Under the pieces are notes generated by a model, which ran no database searches, was not told the origin of the DNA, and worked only from the letters and a program-made list of their open reading frames with translations. DNA of 64,000 nt from Lytechinus pictus (Eukaryota). A program made the translations under genes and the position numbers. The stretch is from the NCBI RefSeq assembly GCF_037042905.1, contig NC_087251.1:5830001-5894000 (forward strand), read 5' to 3'. Shown piece by piece: positions 13,901 through 28,492 of the stretch. Positions within the stretch are counted from its first letter, which is position 1, and every line of letters begins with the position of its first letter.

Positions 13901-16900
13901 CAATGGCTAATATTTTACAAATCGGTGCTTTGTGTCCTCTTCTTTGAGTTAGATGAATAAATCTTATATGATTTCCTCTTGTTTTAATCCAAATATTTGT
14001 TCTTGAACCAGTTGCTTGGACTCTTTATAAAGTATGAGGTTACCCAAACACATTCTGTATCTTTTGTGAAATCAATGTTTTCTTAGAAGAAGGCAACGGT
14101 GGAAATCTCACACCAAACAAACTGACCATTAGCCTGTCAACTGACAATATCTCTGCTTCAGTCTGACCCATATCTTTAAGCTTTTAAGTGAGACAACAGA
14201 CCCTGATTGTTTAAGAATTTAACCCATCCTGGTTTTTGGAAAGCTTGTCATTTACCATTTTCATCCCTATGTCTCAAGGGGGGTATACCTGTAGCGTACA
14301 GGTCAGTGTCTTTTCTAAGAATTCATCAAAGAATTGAGAGATGCATTATATTAGATAGATTAAGGATTACTTCCAGAAGATCTACTTCACAAGCACAAGT
14401 GGTTTCAGGTCACTAACCCTTGTCTAAAGATAGACCAGAATCAAGTAGGCACAACTGACCAGTGGTCTTTGGGTTTGGCTACATCCTCTAGCTGGTCAGT
14501 CACCTCGTTGATCATCTTTCGATTCATTTAACAAAATGGCTATTTTGCTGAATATTGTAAATGCATATTAACAAATTGATTTATTTATACAGGCAACTGA
14601 GTTCAAGGCAGGAAATCAGTCATACCTTGTTACACAAGAGATGTCTAATTATATAGCAAGTGTGTTTTTCTCTCTCAACTTTTTCCCAATACCATGTGAC
14701 AAAAATCCGACATTAGTATGCGAAAGGTGAAATAATGATTTAAGTTAACTTGAGTGAATTGTTTGGATTTTTTTCTGAAAATTTCTTTGAAAAGGTTAAA
14801 TAAATTCCTATAAGTATACATGTATTTAAAATCAAACACAAAAATTGTGACTGATATGTTTGGTGGTTGTTAACAAGACCAAACATATTAAGAACATTAT
14901 TGTATTTGTGTTATTCCTCTCACTTGGAAATTAGGTTGCATATTTATCTATTTTAATATAATTTATGTATTGAAAATAATGAAACCTTCATAATTCTGGT
15001 TTTATGCAGCTTTGGTTCAGAAGATATCATAATACCAGTATGAAATATAGTTTGGAAGCAGAAATTTTAGAATGATGTTGTTCATTAACCAATAACACAT
15101 TGAGTAGCTTCTTAATATTTACCCTTTCCCTGAGTTTGAATCTTCTTTCACTTGAAAAATATATATTTATTGATCTATTGTTTCCAAATATGATTTATTG
15201 ATGAAAATAAGGTGTGTTTATCATCCATGTGCAGAGTAAAGATGAAAAGAGAATGCAACTATTACCTTAGCAACAGAGAGCCAATTTATCTTTACAATTG
15301 GCATGCCAACAGATAAAGATTGCTGGAAATATAGTAATAGTAGTAGTAGTATCTGGTTGATCTATTACTCAGTCACTATAAATATCTTATGATATGAGGG
15401 GTGTCTATGTTTGAATGGCCCACTCATAATTAACTACTCAGACAAGCATGCCAGACAATGTCAAAAGAATGAAGATGAAAAAAAAGTGGCCCCCTTATCA
15501 ACCTTTCTGTAAATTAAACTTGATCTCTGCTGGGGGTATGTGGCGTAGTAAATGGGATGGACTCTAAGCTTAATTAAAAACCCAGCCCCTCCTACCCATG
15601 GATACAAACCAGCCAATCAGTGAGTGAGAGTGGATGTTCACTTGACGACGGGAGGCTGGAGAGCTCTGTCTGGTTGTTATCCTGTCACCAAGGGGACTAT
15701 TGTATCCATGTCGACCAGTTACCAAGGTTTGTTTACACATGTGACCTTGCGACTGATGCCTGTTTTTTTCCCACGATGCTTAAACAGCTAGGGATCTTCC
15801 CTTTTCTGTTGGTGATATAAGTGTGATCTTCTGATAATCCTTAGCTGTTAATTTATAATTGCCTCTTCTAACAGAATGGAAATTTCCACACTTTTTAATT
15901 CAGATTTAGGATTTGTTGGAGAATTTGAGTGAATCTCTCCCTTCATTGCTTGATGGTTATACAATTTAAGCTGTGAAATTGGTGTGTTTATCTTTTTTTT
16001 CTTCCTTGTTGGTTTGTATCAGATACACTTTACTTCTCCAATTCAAGCTTTAGAAATGCATTAATGCAAGTATGGTTATTAGAAAGCTTGAATGTGTGTT
16101 ATGAGAAAGAATATCATTAAACATTTCTAATCAGGAAGTTGTTAATTTTTCTTGTGATAGCATGTGTATGAATACATTTGCAACTACATGTAAACAATTA
16201 AATCTAAAACCACTCTTAACCATTCAAAATATAGGTGACTTTATAAGCAGCTATTCAGCGATTATTGTAGAGGAGTCAGCACATTCAGATGAGTCATTCA
16301 ATCTGATTGCATCCTATTAAAATCGAGATGCACCTTTCAAAGTTCAAATTACCCTAAATATGGATCCTCTTACAGTAATTTTATCATGTAATTCAATGAT
16401 GGAGTTAAACATAATACTAAATGTGCAATCACACAGGTTAGGCATAAACTCACCATTGTTGCATTCATCAGTATGTTAACTAAGTTGTGGAGCATATCTG
16501 TAGATGTTTGAAATTGCAAGAATTAACCAGTGTCAACTGACCCTATCTGAAAGCATCCATCATTTTTAGACGTAAAAACATAAAACATGCAACAATTAAG
16601 AATGAATAATTTCTAACCCTCATTTCAAGCAAACTTCAGTACATAGTAACTCTGAACGTGATTGGACGCATTTATCCAGGGTAGATGTGAACTCACCCTT
16701 TCACAAGATGTTGTCCTACACTCTGCATTACAACTTCAAATGTCTCAACTGCTTCAAAAAGAAGCCATGAGGGTCAAAATAAATATAATTTTCCCCTAGA
16801 AGTATTCATAATGAACATATTGTTATGTAACAATCTAGAGTAGATGTGAACTCTCTTCAGCAATGAATAACTGTTGGTCTATATCGATACTTTGGACATT

Positions 16901-19900
16901 GCAAGTTGAAGTCATGAAATATCTATCAATTAAACCTAATTACAACTATTATTGATTGACTTTTGTACTACCATTGGTGTTAGATGTGAACTCACCTGCA
17001 TGATAATCCTCCATTTTTATATGTGTGTAAGCTTGTTGCAGGTTAAAAATGTGTAATTATAAAGGTTATTTTTGTCTAGATGTGTATAGCATTGAAATAT
17101 TCAGTACCTTTTTTAGTGGGGTGGGGTGATGGGAATGGGTATCATTTCGTACTCTATTTTATGATTTTTACCTTTGGGCAAATAACAGTTTATAGATTTT
17201 AAGTCTTCAATTCAAGACATTTGTAGTGGTCCCTGGTTCTATTCAATCTTGGCTTCTACCTTGTAAAGGGGAAATTTTTGAATAAATAAAAATTAGTAAC
17301 AGTTACATACTTTTCAGGAAGAAATTCAGATAAGTGTGTTATGAGGTCAATCAAACTAGTTCATGAACAGGTTATGTATGTAATTTAAGTTTTATATAAG
17401 AAGGGAACTGAGGACCAATCATACGGTAGAGATGTAATTCTCAAAAGGTGTAATGAGGCTGAAAACACGCCGATGTGAGAAATGAGCAATAAAGATTAAA
17501 AACAAAAATAAACACGCCAACATTAATAGAAAGTATGGTGAAAGTTCAGAACTGAAGAAGTGGTCAGCAAACAAAGAGGTTATATTTCAAAAAGAGTTAA
17601 TGAGCTGAAAAACCCTAATGGCATTACAGAGTGATGTATGGTGAGAAAGAAAGGCAAATTTGGTCTATGAGAGGTAGTATATTTGTAAGATAAATATTGC
17701 AAAAAGAGGTCAAGATGTGTGGTAAGCTGAGCCTAATCAGTCCAAATGTAGAGTGACAGGCGAGACCAAAAGTTACTTCCATATAACCACATAATTATTA
17801 GAAAATTGCATTTTCGGTCAAGAAATTACACAATAAGGAATCCTTGGCCAGTACCTTATGGTTGAAATTGCATTGTAAAATTCAACTTGCCATTATCATA
17901 TATCTAATAATAATGATGGTATTTAAATCTAACAAAAAGCAGGTTATTTTAATCCCGATGCCCAGGTCAGTATATTGTTGTCCAGGGGCTGAAGGTTTTA
18001 TGCATTTAGAGGGTATCTGTACTTTTCTAGCTTACACTGACCATGTACTTGTATCTCTTTTTTCCCTTGCCCATCGTCAGTCACCTGTATTAATAGAATT
18101 TGTCAAGTATTATTCTATATCGACTTCTCTTTATTGTCCTCTTTAGGTTTGTCATTATTCCTCCCCACACTGTAATAAATACCTGCATCTTTTTGTTTAA
18201 CGTATTTCTCTTTCATCATTCATCTACACTTCATGAATAAGTTTCTGTTTACAATTATTTTCTCTTTGTCTGTCTGTATATCTACCTATCTGTCTCAGTC
18301 TCTCTCCTTACATCCAATATTTGGATTGATTAATAATTTATCATACATTAATTTGTACCTACATGTCAGAGTGACATTGACATGCCTCAATGATATTAAC
18401 AGACCAATTACTTTCTGATGTCATACTTTATTATCACCTGCTTTAGTTCTGTTGAAAACATTCATTTCACTATTCCTTTACTTACCATCATATTCGTGTA
18501 CACCTTCCCATTTCATTATTTATTCTATTCAGTTATATTGATTTTGTTCTATTTTGCCTTAATGGAATTTTTTTTCTGTTGTACCCTCTCCTACTGTATT
18601 GTATACTGCATGGCATTATTCTACCCCTTCTCTGTTCTGATAATTCCACTTTCCACATAGCTGCATTAGCAGTCGTCCAAGTATCCCGCTTCATCAATTA
18701 CACAGGTAGCTTGTACCTTGCAGACATCACCCACTAATAAGCCCAGCTTTATGTCAGCTCTTGTGCCATTTTTCCAAACACTCAATTTTCTTTAATACAA
18801 TTAGTCCCACCAAATACAAAATCCCCTGGGGGTCTATTTGAAAGAAAAGATGGATGGCAAGAGAGATTCTTAATGAAACGAATCGCCAGGCTCTGTTTAA
18901 CTCTGCTATCTTTTCTCATCATATTTACCAATTTTTTCCATCTTAGTTGGGGAATGAATCATCCCAATAGCATCCAAATGGATGTTTATGAGATAGCAAA
19001 CTTATTTTGTTTTGTCTTGTTTTAAATGCAAATTGCCTGGAGCTCAAGAGGTATTTTACTTAATGTCATGTTCCTCGCAAATTTATTTTGTCATAGTTTG
19101 TCAAAGAAAACAAAGCCAAATCATACAAATTAACTTTTAGTTGGCGATCAATGAAACATAATCTCTAAATACCAGCAAAATGGGATGCAAATGAGTTGCT
19201 CACTCATGCTTTAACAATTTCTTAACTCGCTAATCAAGACAGACAAGATGAACATTTATCACACTCTTTGATCTGATATTCTGCATCATGTCTGTATTTC
19301 TCTCAGTACCTGTGTTATCCTGAGCCATAGAATCTTAATTCAATGATACACCCAGCTTAGTATTGTTATTGAGTGTTAACCCATTTTCTCCCCCTCTATC
19401 TCTTTATTACCCCAGGTGCTCTGTACTTTTAAAACTAAAAATACTCCCCAATACTCTCCATCTTTAAGAGGAGGTTATACGCAAGCCGTACGTCAGTACT
19501 TTGTATTTATGCAAATTTAAATCCTCTTTCTTTTACAGGTAAAACAGATGAAAATGTGGTTTTGAAATAGGGTGATGAGTTGCTTTTTTCAAGTATCAGC
19601 CAGGCTTTCGTTATTTTTTAGCTCTGAAGTGAAAGTGAATTGAATTGGAGCAGAAGTAATCTTTTAGAGGTGTGGTTTCTATATATTCATTCCAGAAGTT
19701 GAAATTTCTCACCACATATATATTTTGTATATTTCAACCTAGATTTGAGTTAAGAAAAAGTGCAAATTGTTCAAAAGATAAAGGGGCTGCATAAATGGCA
19801 TGTAAATACAGTATTTGTTTTATCTTATATTTTATGTCGGTTAATATTCTGTGAAGTGAGCTGGAAAATTTCTAATATTTATTTGACTTTTTGGATTGAA

Positions 19901-21702
19901 TAATGAATCATCCTCAATGATTTTCAGGTTTGTCATTTAAGTTTATTTTGTTGTATCTCTGGTCAAATCTGAAAACACAGATAAAAGATCTTATGAAATA
20001 GCTTTATACATGGAATAATAAATTCTATTTTTTCCTTTAAAATATTTTTTTTTGTGTGTGAAGGATTATCAAAAAACTTCTTTAGAAGGAAAAATTAAAT
20101 TATTCATGGAAAATAGGAAAAAGGTATTTTATTAAAATATTATTGTATGCCAAGCATTGATTTATTTAATAACTTAATGAATGTCTTGATGAAAAAAATT
20201 CTTTTAAGAAAAATTCATAAATCATTGCCCTAAAAAAGAAAAAAATTGTCACCTTGTTTTATAACATTTCATAATTATACTGACAGAATGCACTTTTTAC
20301 CCACATGTTTTCCCAACAACATGTGCCAAAGTAGGCATCTAAAATTGAAGGTATGAATACAATGTGTATGGTATCCTTGAAGTCTCAACTGAACTCTTTT
20401 TCACACTCCATACAGTGCAAGAAGTTCACAGACAAAAAGTACAATGACTCTTCTCTTACATGTTTACTGCAGTTTGTATAAATTTATCAGTGACAAGAAG
20501 TCATCTGACAAACTAAATTGCTGATTTTGGCTATAATTTGATCGAATCAATATCCTGCAACATCACTGGAAAGGAAGGGGTGATATGGGAGAGATTTGAC
20601 TCTATACAGGTTGTTCTAGACATATATAGTTTGATGAATAGGTATGATGATTCATACAGACACAGATTGAAGGTGGTTGGTGACTATGGTATCAATGAAC
20701 TTTGTCTATACATTGCTTCTAAGTGGTCCGATAGTCATTCTGCTTGACCAATTGCAAAAAAAAATGATGAAGTTGTAATGTATGTACACTTATTCAATAT
20801 TTGATATAAAAGCATTTCTTAAAGATGTACTTAGAAGTAAATATCTTTTGTAAGTTTTACCTTATTGAAAAATGAAAGATCGTCATTGGCTTATACTTCA
20901 GAGTGTAAATTGGATTTTCAAAATGGAGCATTGTGTTAATAAATTTTCACTTTGTATGTGTGGGCGGGTGAATGATACGCTATAACCACAGTATTCATTG
21001 ATATACCAAGACAATAGACCTTCTGGTAATTATGTTCTTAATAAGTTACTTAATGATTTTTTAATTTAATTACATTTGGTACTAGGACATCTGATGAAAA
21101 CTATGTAGGGACAGGGATCTCTTAGTACCCCAGTCAATATTTCCCTGACAATAACAACAAGATAAAACTTGATTCATGGACATTTCTATTGTTACGGACA
21201 CTGATCTCTTTTTATGCTAGACATCACATTGTATGTCAACAGAATAGGATGAGCTGATCTCTGCTCTGGTGTGTTCAAGTTTTCTTGCCATGAACAATGT
21301 GGCAAAGGGAGAGATCACAATAATGTAGCACTAATGTGCTTTTGCTTACATACTGTAGACTTACAGCTTTGGTACCTGGCTTACTAGGTCAAGGACCCAA
21401 TCGTATCTTGATGAGTTCCTACTCTTTAATGTTGGTACGATTTTTAAAAACTGTCAAGAAATCTGAACATTTGCAAATTTGAGAAGCCTTTGCCATCATA
21501 GAAGGGGTATATGTATTTGTGATTTTTAAAGTTTTCAGATATATTTGTATGAGTTTCTCATTGGAAAAGCAACGGCAGAAGGCATAAAAATGGCTTTTTA
21601 AAGCTAAGAAATACAGATTTAGCAAATTTTACTTTCAGTCGGATGTTGGCAATATAATGTCTTATTCTTGTATTTTCAAATTGATTTAGTTTTCTTTTCC
21701 TT

Positions 21703-21901
21703 TTTTTTTTGGGGGGGGGGGGTAATTTATCTTTTTTTAAGATACCGTCAGGAGAACTTTAATTCTAATAGGGTTTGAAATATTCATATTATTTGCATGA
21801 TTATCACACCAAATTCTGACATTGCTGTCATTTTTTATTCCATTTATTTTGATGCGGGGGGGGGGGGGGGGGGGGGGGGTCGGGGGTGAGGGGGGGGGGG
21901 G
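21703..21901. repeat. Poly-G tracts
   Basis: T-run then G12 (21711-21722), and long G runs across 21856-21901. Confidence 0.85.
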
Positions 21902-24357
21902 CTTTCACGTACAAATGAATGGCAGGTTTGGCTGAAGTCATTATTTTTCTTTTAATATGGCAATAGAAATAAAAGTATTTACCCAGGGTAGCCACTTCAG
22001 TTCCAAAAACTGTTCTCCCAGTGGGCCCTTATATTAGCATTACCCCCCATCCCCGGTTTAGCTCAGTTACCTAGGTGCTCAAGCATTTGAGGAATTTCTT
22101 TCTAGTGAAATCATGAAGAATATTGTAAGATCTGAACAAGAAAATACAGCTTTGGATGTGAAGAACCTTTAATTGAACAAATGTCAAAATCAATTGGAGA
22201 TTAAAATGATTATCATATAGATTAGGAATCATGAGAGAATCTTGAGGTGATATGATATCAAGCTTTTAAATGTTTCATTTGTAGAATTTAATATGGATCA
22301 TGAGATTTTTAAATCCATGCATGGTTGACAAGTCCTGCAGAATGGACATAAACCTTTCACATTTAAAAAACTTTTATGCCTTTTATTAATGGAATAAAGG
22401 AAGATCAAATCCATGGCTTTGAAGAATTTGAATGAAAATAATAAATAATCAGTATGCATGTCAGTCTAGGCATTATTAAATGCTTGTAGCTAGATACAAT
22501 TTCTCTTTTGAATTCACCTCTTGTTTCACCATCACTATAAAAGAATAAATATTGACACATAGTCGAGTATAATTGCATTTCTGAATAAGCTTTAAATTTG
22601 GTCCAATATATTCATTTAAAAATACAAGTAATATGAGAGATTTGAGTGTTTGTTTTTGTATTGGGATGGGGTGAATAATTTTCTAATATACACTTTCTCT
22701 CAAGGAAAGGTGACTGCCCCCAAATATTTGAAAGGGCATACAAAACAACAATCGTTTACAGCTAGAAGATAAATCTAATGCAATCAATAACAAACAATTT
22801 TTTTGTAAGGCATGGATTTTTACCCTTTTTAAAGAGAAAACAAGCAAGTTGAAAAGAAGGTCTGTAAAAAATTGAAAAGTGCAAGACTTGAATACCCATG
22901 TCAAATAATGTATGTAAATGCATATGCCCATAGGATCTTTAGGAAGCTCTCTTTGACCCTTTAGCAAGATAATCGCAAAGTTTAAACTTTTGTTATACTA
23001 TCCTTTTCAGATATTACTTATACATCTTTTTACACACATGTAGGGCAAGATCTGACCCTTCTAACAAGTTTATAAGATACAAAAAGACAGATCCAGGTAC
23101 TCTGTAAAGTATATAACTTATTTAGCGAGGACACCTAATGCCAGAGGGCATGATTTTTAATGACAGTGGTGATTCCCCTGTATAGGAGCCCCTGACAACG
23201 TGTAGCAGACAACAAGGCGGTCTCCTGTGTGAGCTGGCCTGTTAACACCACTTCTACCTGCCGTTAAAAGTACACTTTCAGGTCAAGATATCACTTAATG
23301 TATTAGCTGCATAAAACTTGAGGTAGAGAGGTAGTCACAGAGTGGAAGAAGGTCGATATAGAGCAGAAAGCAAGAGAGACAAAAAATATGATGATGAACA
23401 TAGTTATACACTGTGAGGGGGGGGGGCAATTAGGCAGTTTCCCTCACCCCTCTAAATGGTGAAACCTTTTTTTCTCCAAAATATTGCAAAATATACCCAA
23501 AGTGTGTTCACCAGATACTTAAATTTAAATTAAAAAAAAAATGAATAAATAAAATGCCTGTGTGGTCAGCTTGGTCGCATGGTAACCTCTGATTCTTCTT
23601 GGATTTTCTAGGAACAATGCTAGGAGAACAATAGAAGAGATCGTAAATGAATGGAACAGAACATGAAAATCTATTCTTAGAAATACACAAGAAAGGAAAT
23701 TTTAAGGCATTTTTCTACTGTGATTTCAAGAATATTAGTCATATTACATTCTCATTTCATATTGCATTTCAAATTATTTTTCTTTCGAAGATTTATAAAA
23801 GAGAACCAAAAGCTGCAAATCAATTACCCTATGCAACTGTATTATTTCTTTGTAATGATCTTAAAGTTAAAAGTATTCAATTTGGGAAAATGGAGCATGA
23901 ACTACAAAGAATTACTCTTGAAATTTGTATCTTTGTTTCATATTTTAAAAAGCAGTTTAGATGTTAATAAATGTAGCACTTACTTAATGTTGCAAACGGC
24001 AAAGGGTTAATTTCCATCATTTGTTCTTGATGAACAGAAGAATGGCAAAGGCGGTGATGAGAATTTAATGCTTCCACTGTTTGGGTGGAATTAGGAGGAA
24101 GGAAGAGAGAGGGAAGTTATAAGAAGTATTAGAGTCAATGAATATTCAAGTAGTAGGTGATGATGGGAAAGAGTACCTGGGAACAATCCTTGCTTGAAAG
24201 TCATTTGAAAAAAAGAGACTTATACAAAGGAAGTCCTATGATGTTGAGTTGGCTCTAATAAAAGCATAAATGAAGATGAAATGCATATACATGTAATCAC
24301 ACTCTTAAGTATTGAAGTATTGTTTGAAGATTGTTAATTATTACATTTGAAGATCTT

Positions 24358-25094
24358 GGGCAGTATTCTGAGGTCATTTCATCTTTGAAATATTTTATTT
24401 TATCTCTGAAATGAAATTGGTAATCAGAGATAACTTTTTATCTCTCAGATTTAATATACAAAATTTATTGTGCGTATCTAAAGGTGATATGCGAAAGTAG
24501 TGTCCACATAGTCATATCCACTGCATGTCTAACCATTGCAATGCAGATGATATGCTTGTGCCCATGTTACTCGTAAGAAACGATTAGATAAACTTAAATA
24601 GGGTGGGGCTATTTTATTACAGCTAAGTCCATTTCAGCAATGTTATTGGGTACATTTTTATATGGAAAAAGATGGAAAATTATATAATAGTTGAGATTAA
24701 TACCCATTGAGAAATTATTTCATGAGACTTTTCTTCAATGATATGGTCTTTGAAATGATGCTTGTAATGATGTGATATTGACATCGAACAAAAGATGGGA
24801 GTACAAAGAAAGTCCTATAAAGACATGCGTATGTACAGTGCAAGTGCATTTGACTTTAATCTTTTGCCACACCTGGCGGAAAGGATTTTAATTGGTTTAA
24901 TAAGATGGCAGTGCTACAAAACAACCTTACTCATTGGATAATGGTTGGGAAATAGCCATGTCTTACAGAGATGATAAAATGGTTCTCACAATACAAATTC
25001 AACGAGATATTAAGGGTATTTTCATCTCACTGATTCTATCTGAGATAGAATATTTTATCTTATCTGAGATAAAATGGATCTCAAAATACCAAAC
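24358..25094. mobile_element. Old degenerate TIR element (MITE-like)
   Basis: Left gggcagtattctgaggtcatttcatct is an imperfect reverse complement of right agataaaatggatctcaaaataccaaac; repeated tatctc/gagata subterminal motifs. Confidence 0.45.
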
Positions 25095-27304
25095 TTGATA
25101 AGCAAGACCTGAACTTGATATTATACACACAATGGATTTCAATTTACTAAAGATGAAATAGTCTATATAGTAACTATTAAAGCTTTTCAAGGTCACAGAA
25201 TCTAGTAGCAACCACCTTCAGCTTACCCCCTCTCGAATCCTCATTTTTCATATTTATCATCTTGTTATTCTCTATAATCTTTTATTCTTCACACATTGTG
25301 TAGCAACAGATGTTCTTGATGTATCAGTACATTAATATGGTCCAGTTGATGACCCACTTTTATCTTTAACAAGGCTGATGTTATTGACATGAAGACCTAC
25401 TTTCATCCGGATATGCTCTAGATAAAACAGTCTAAAAATAATGTCCTAAATAACACTTCTCCAAGGAGCTTTGTGTTTCCTTATCTCCCTTTTCTTTTTT
25501 TCTCCACTTTGTTGGGTGGGGGTGTAAGTGGGGACGAATGATTGAGAGGATTCGTGCTACAACAGGTGATTAATCTTGATCTGTCTTGTTTAAGCGGATA
25601 CTAATGTAGGTAAATGTATGATAAATAATTCCATTTGTACATAGCATAGGCCTATTTTGGCAGCTTTTTTTATGTAGGCGTGGTTTATAAAATCTAATCC
25701 CCAGTGAACAAAATTGCACACTTTCATGTGCGCACAAACGAAAGAGGTTACCTAATTCCCTAATTTTCCGGTCTGAAATTGGCCTCCTTTCTCCATCTCT
25801 CTAGACAAATCCAAGATAAATAAGGGGAATTACCAGACTGAATGTTGGGAGGTTTGTAAGCAGGTCTGATGATTAATAGTGTCTCTGAGATGAGATTCAA
25901 TTTGGTGATGTAGGAACACAATTTTTTCTGGATATTCCTCTATAATTTCTTTATCCATCATAAATTTTAAAATCCTATGCCAACAGGTCAAGAATTGAAT
26001 AGATTGATTTTATTGTTGTTGATCTGGACACCAAAGTGTTATGATTGTGAAGTGCAATTCTATCCCCATTTTGAGCAGGAATGAGTGAGTTTGGTTCATG
26101 TTTAACTATCCTTCATTTATCCCTTGTAAACAAAGTTTGAAGGAGGTCATAGTAAAATTGGAGGGTCAGGCAGTTGGTTGGTACAGGTTGGCCAGTACCT
26201 AAACTACTTCCTCAATTTATGCCAAATTCTAATGAAGCCTGACACTCATTGGTCTCAGAGTGAAGAAGATATGCAAATTATTTTTTATTATGTGTTAGGG
26301 ACTGTAAAGTATCTATGGTATTTAATGTGGGTATAAATCACCTTCACTGATTTATCTAGTGTAGTGTTTAATGTTAACTTGATTGCTTAAGTCAATATCC
26401 ATCCTTTACCAATCAAGTGGGTCACTCAGTTATATCTCTTAAACCTTTTCCCATCAACAGCTATTTTCTCTGAGACTGATATTTGGATTTAAAAAAAAAG
26501 AAAACATGTTAGATATCGAGTGAATACCTTCAAAGTAAATACAATATATGTTTTTATCTTATTTTTTCACTGCTTCCAGATAACATTGATCAAAAAATTC
26601 ATTTCATAAGAATAAGATGAGACAAGTAGAAGTGAGTTTAGACAGTCCTGGGAGCATGTTTGTCCCAGTTTATGATGGATAGAGGGCGGCAGGAAGATCA
26701 CTTTCGTTGAAACCTTCATCCTTTAAACTGACCATTGTCCGGAAATCTAGGACAGTGTCGGCCAAAGAATAATCACTTCTGGCGTGGAATTACAGGGCTG
26801 TTAAATTGGGACCCTCGGATGTCTGGCGCCCATCATGACATTAGCAGGTTTTTTTTTTCTTATAAATCCAGCCTGAATTTATTTGTATTTAATAGCCAAG
26901 CCGACTTCCCTTGCCAATCCTGTTTGATTCTTTTCTCTGTCATTTATTTAATCTCTTTTGCTCTTCAATTATTGAGAGATGGAAGCTCTAATGATACCTC
27001 TAAAAAATTAATGTGACATATACATTAAAATAATATGGTATTAACTGAACAGATTTGTACATTATTCAAATGTTTTGAATTATTGATAAAACTCACTAAG
27101 GGGTGATCAAACTCTGACCTGTGCAGGCCTAGTTTATAGGAGGTGATGGAATATTTCTACAAATCGTTACTTTATTGCATTTTGTGGTAAAATCAGAATT
27201 ATATACAAGGTCCCAAGGAATTATTTGTGTACTATACCCTAACACTTAACAGCACTGTCAAAGCAATAAGATGAGCTATTGATAATAAAACAAATCCTAA
27301 CCTG

Positions 27305-27505
27305 GGGGGTGTTTCACAAAGATTTAAGTATGACTTAGAGTCGCACTTAAATGCCTAGTTACGTATGTTAAGAAAGGCATAACCGCATTGGTCAGATCAT
27401 GCAAAGAGGACGCGCACTGATCAATTAGATTGTGCGTTGTATTTCAGATATGCGTCGGCATTTAAGTGCGATTTAAGTCATACTTAAATCTTTGTGAAAC
27501 ACCCC
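27305..27505. mobile_element. Foldback MITE, PIF/Harbinger-like, CTG TSD
   Basis: TIRs gggggtgtttcacaaagatttaagtatgacttaga / taagtcatacttaaatctttgtgaaacacccc; CTG on both sides; second copy at 56713. Confidence 0.88.
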
Positions 27506-27834
27506 CTGCTATCATAAATTGAATGAATTGCATTCTATAAAAGAGTAAAGCAAAGCCTAGTTGCATATTGTAATCAGTCATGCATGAATGATTCCAAATC
27601 ATTAAATGCAATTTCTAGATCTTTATGTTGATTATTGAAGCATAACTCACAATGATTCAATTATCATGAATTGTTTTTGTATAATATTTTTGAGAGATAA
27701 GATGATATTCCATCATTGATATAATTTCTGTTGACATGAAATGAAATATGAATCTAATTGCAACCCCTGTATTGAAGACAATGATGCAACAGTAGTCAGA
27801 TGACATATATTCACCTAAAAACATGTAAATGAGT

Positions 27835-28492
27835 CGTCGGCGGTCATCCGAACCGTCGTATCAGTCAATTTTGGTTTTTTTTTTTTTTAAATTGATTTTG
27901 AGATTTTTGCAGAAAATTAAGGTACAAGTCCTACTCTATTCATAACTAAATTTCTAGGCAGCAATTTATTTTATTTTCTGAGATATGAGAGGATTTTCAC
28001 GGCGATGCCATACATTTTTTAAATAAAATGCGCAAATCCCATTGGAAACGTGTACTGTAACAGAGCGATACAACGTTTTGACTGACCGCGATTTCAATGC
28101 GCGCGGTCAGCCAAAGTGTCGTATCGGCCATCTGCACTGCATTGACTTTGCACGTGAAAAGCGATATGACCGCGTGCATTGATATCGCGGTCAGGGTTGT
28201 TGTATTCCCTATGGCGTTTTTGTACGGGGGAAATCTAAACCGCTCAAACCGAAATTACAAGCATGTAGCTCTTTTGCGATATTTTCTCTGATCCTTGCTT
28301 TTGTGTAAAAATAAGGATACCATAGTCAAGCAATTGTCTTGGTCTTTCCAACCATGTATTTTTCTAGCAATGAATATGTTGTAAGGCTGGGGAACTAAGT
28401 GTGAAAAGTATAGTAAACTTTGAAGTCGATTTTCTCTGAAATGGGTTTGCACCGTCGTATGTGTGATACAACGGTTTGGAAGACCGCCGACG
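27835..28492 (+). mobile_element. Non-autonomous TIR element with CG...CG termini and 4-bp TSD (family C, copy 1)
   Basis: TIR cgtcggcggtcatccgaaccgtcgtatca / tgatacaacggtttggaagaccgccgacg; GAGT at 27831-27834 and 28493-28496; homologous to two copies within 50768-51975. Confidence 0.88.

Noticed and set aside
16681..16998. CRISPR-like repeat-spacer array
   Set aside because: Repeats too short, spacers over 120 bp and mutually similar, no cas genes, eukaryotic context.
21975..22105. Possible SINE 3' fragment
   Set aside because: Resemblance from memory only; no internal evidence.
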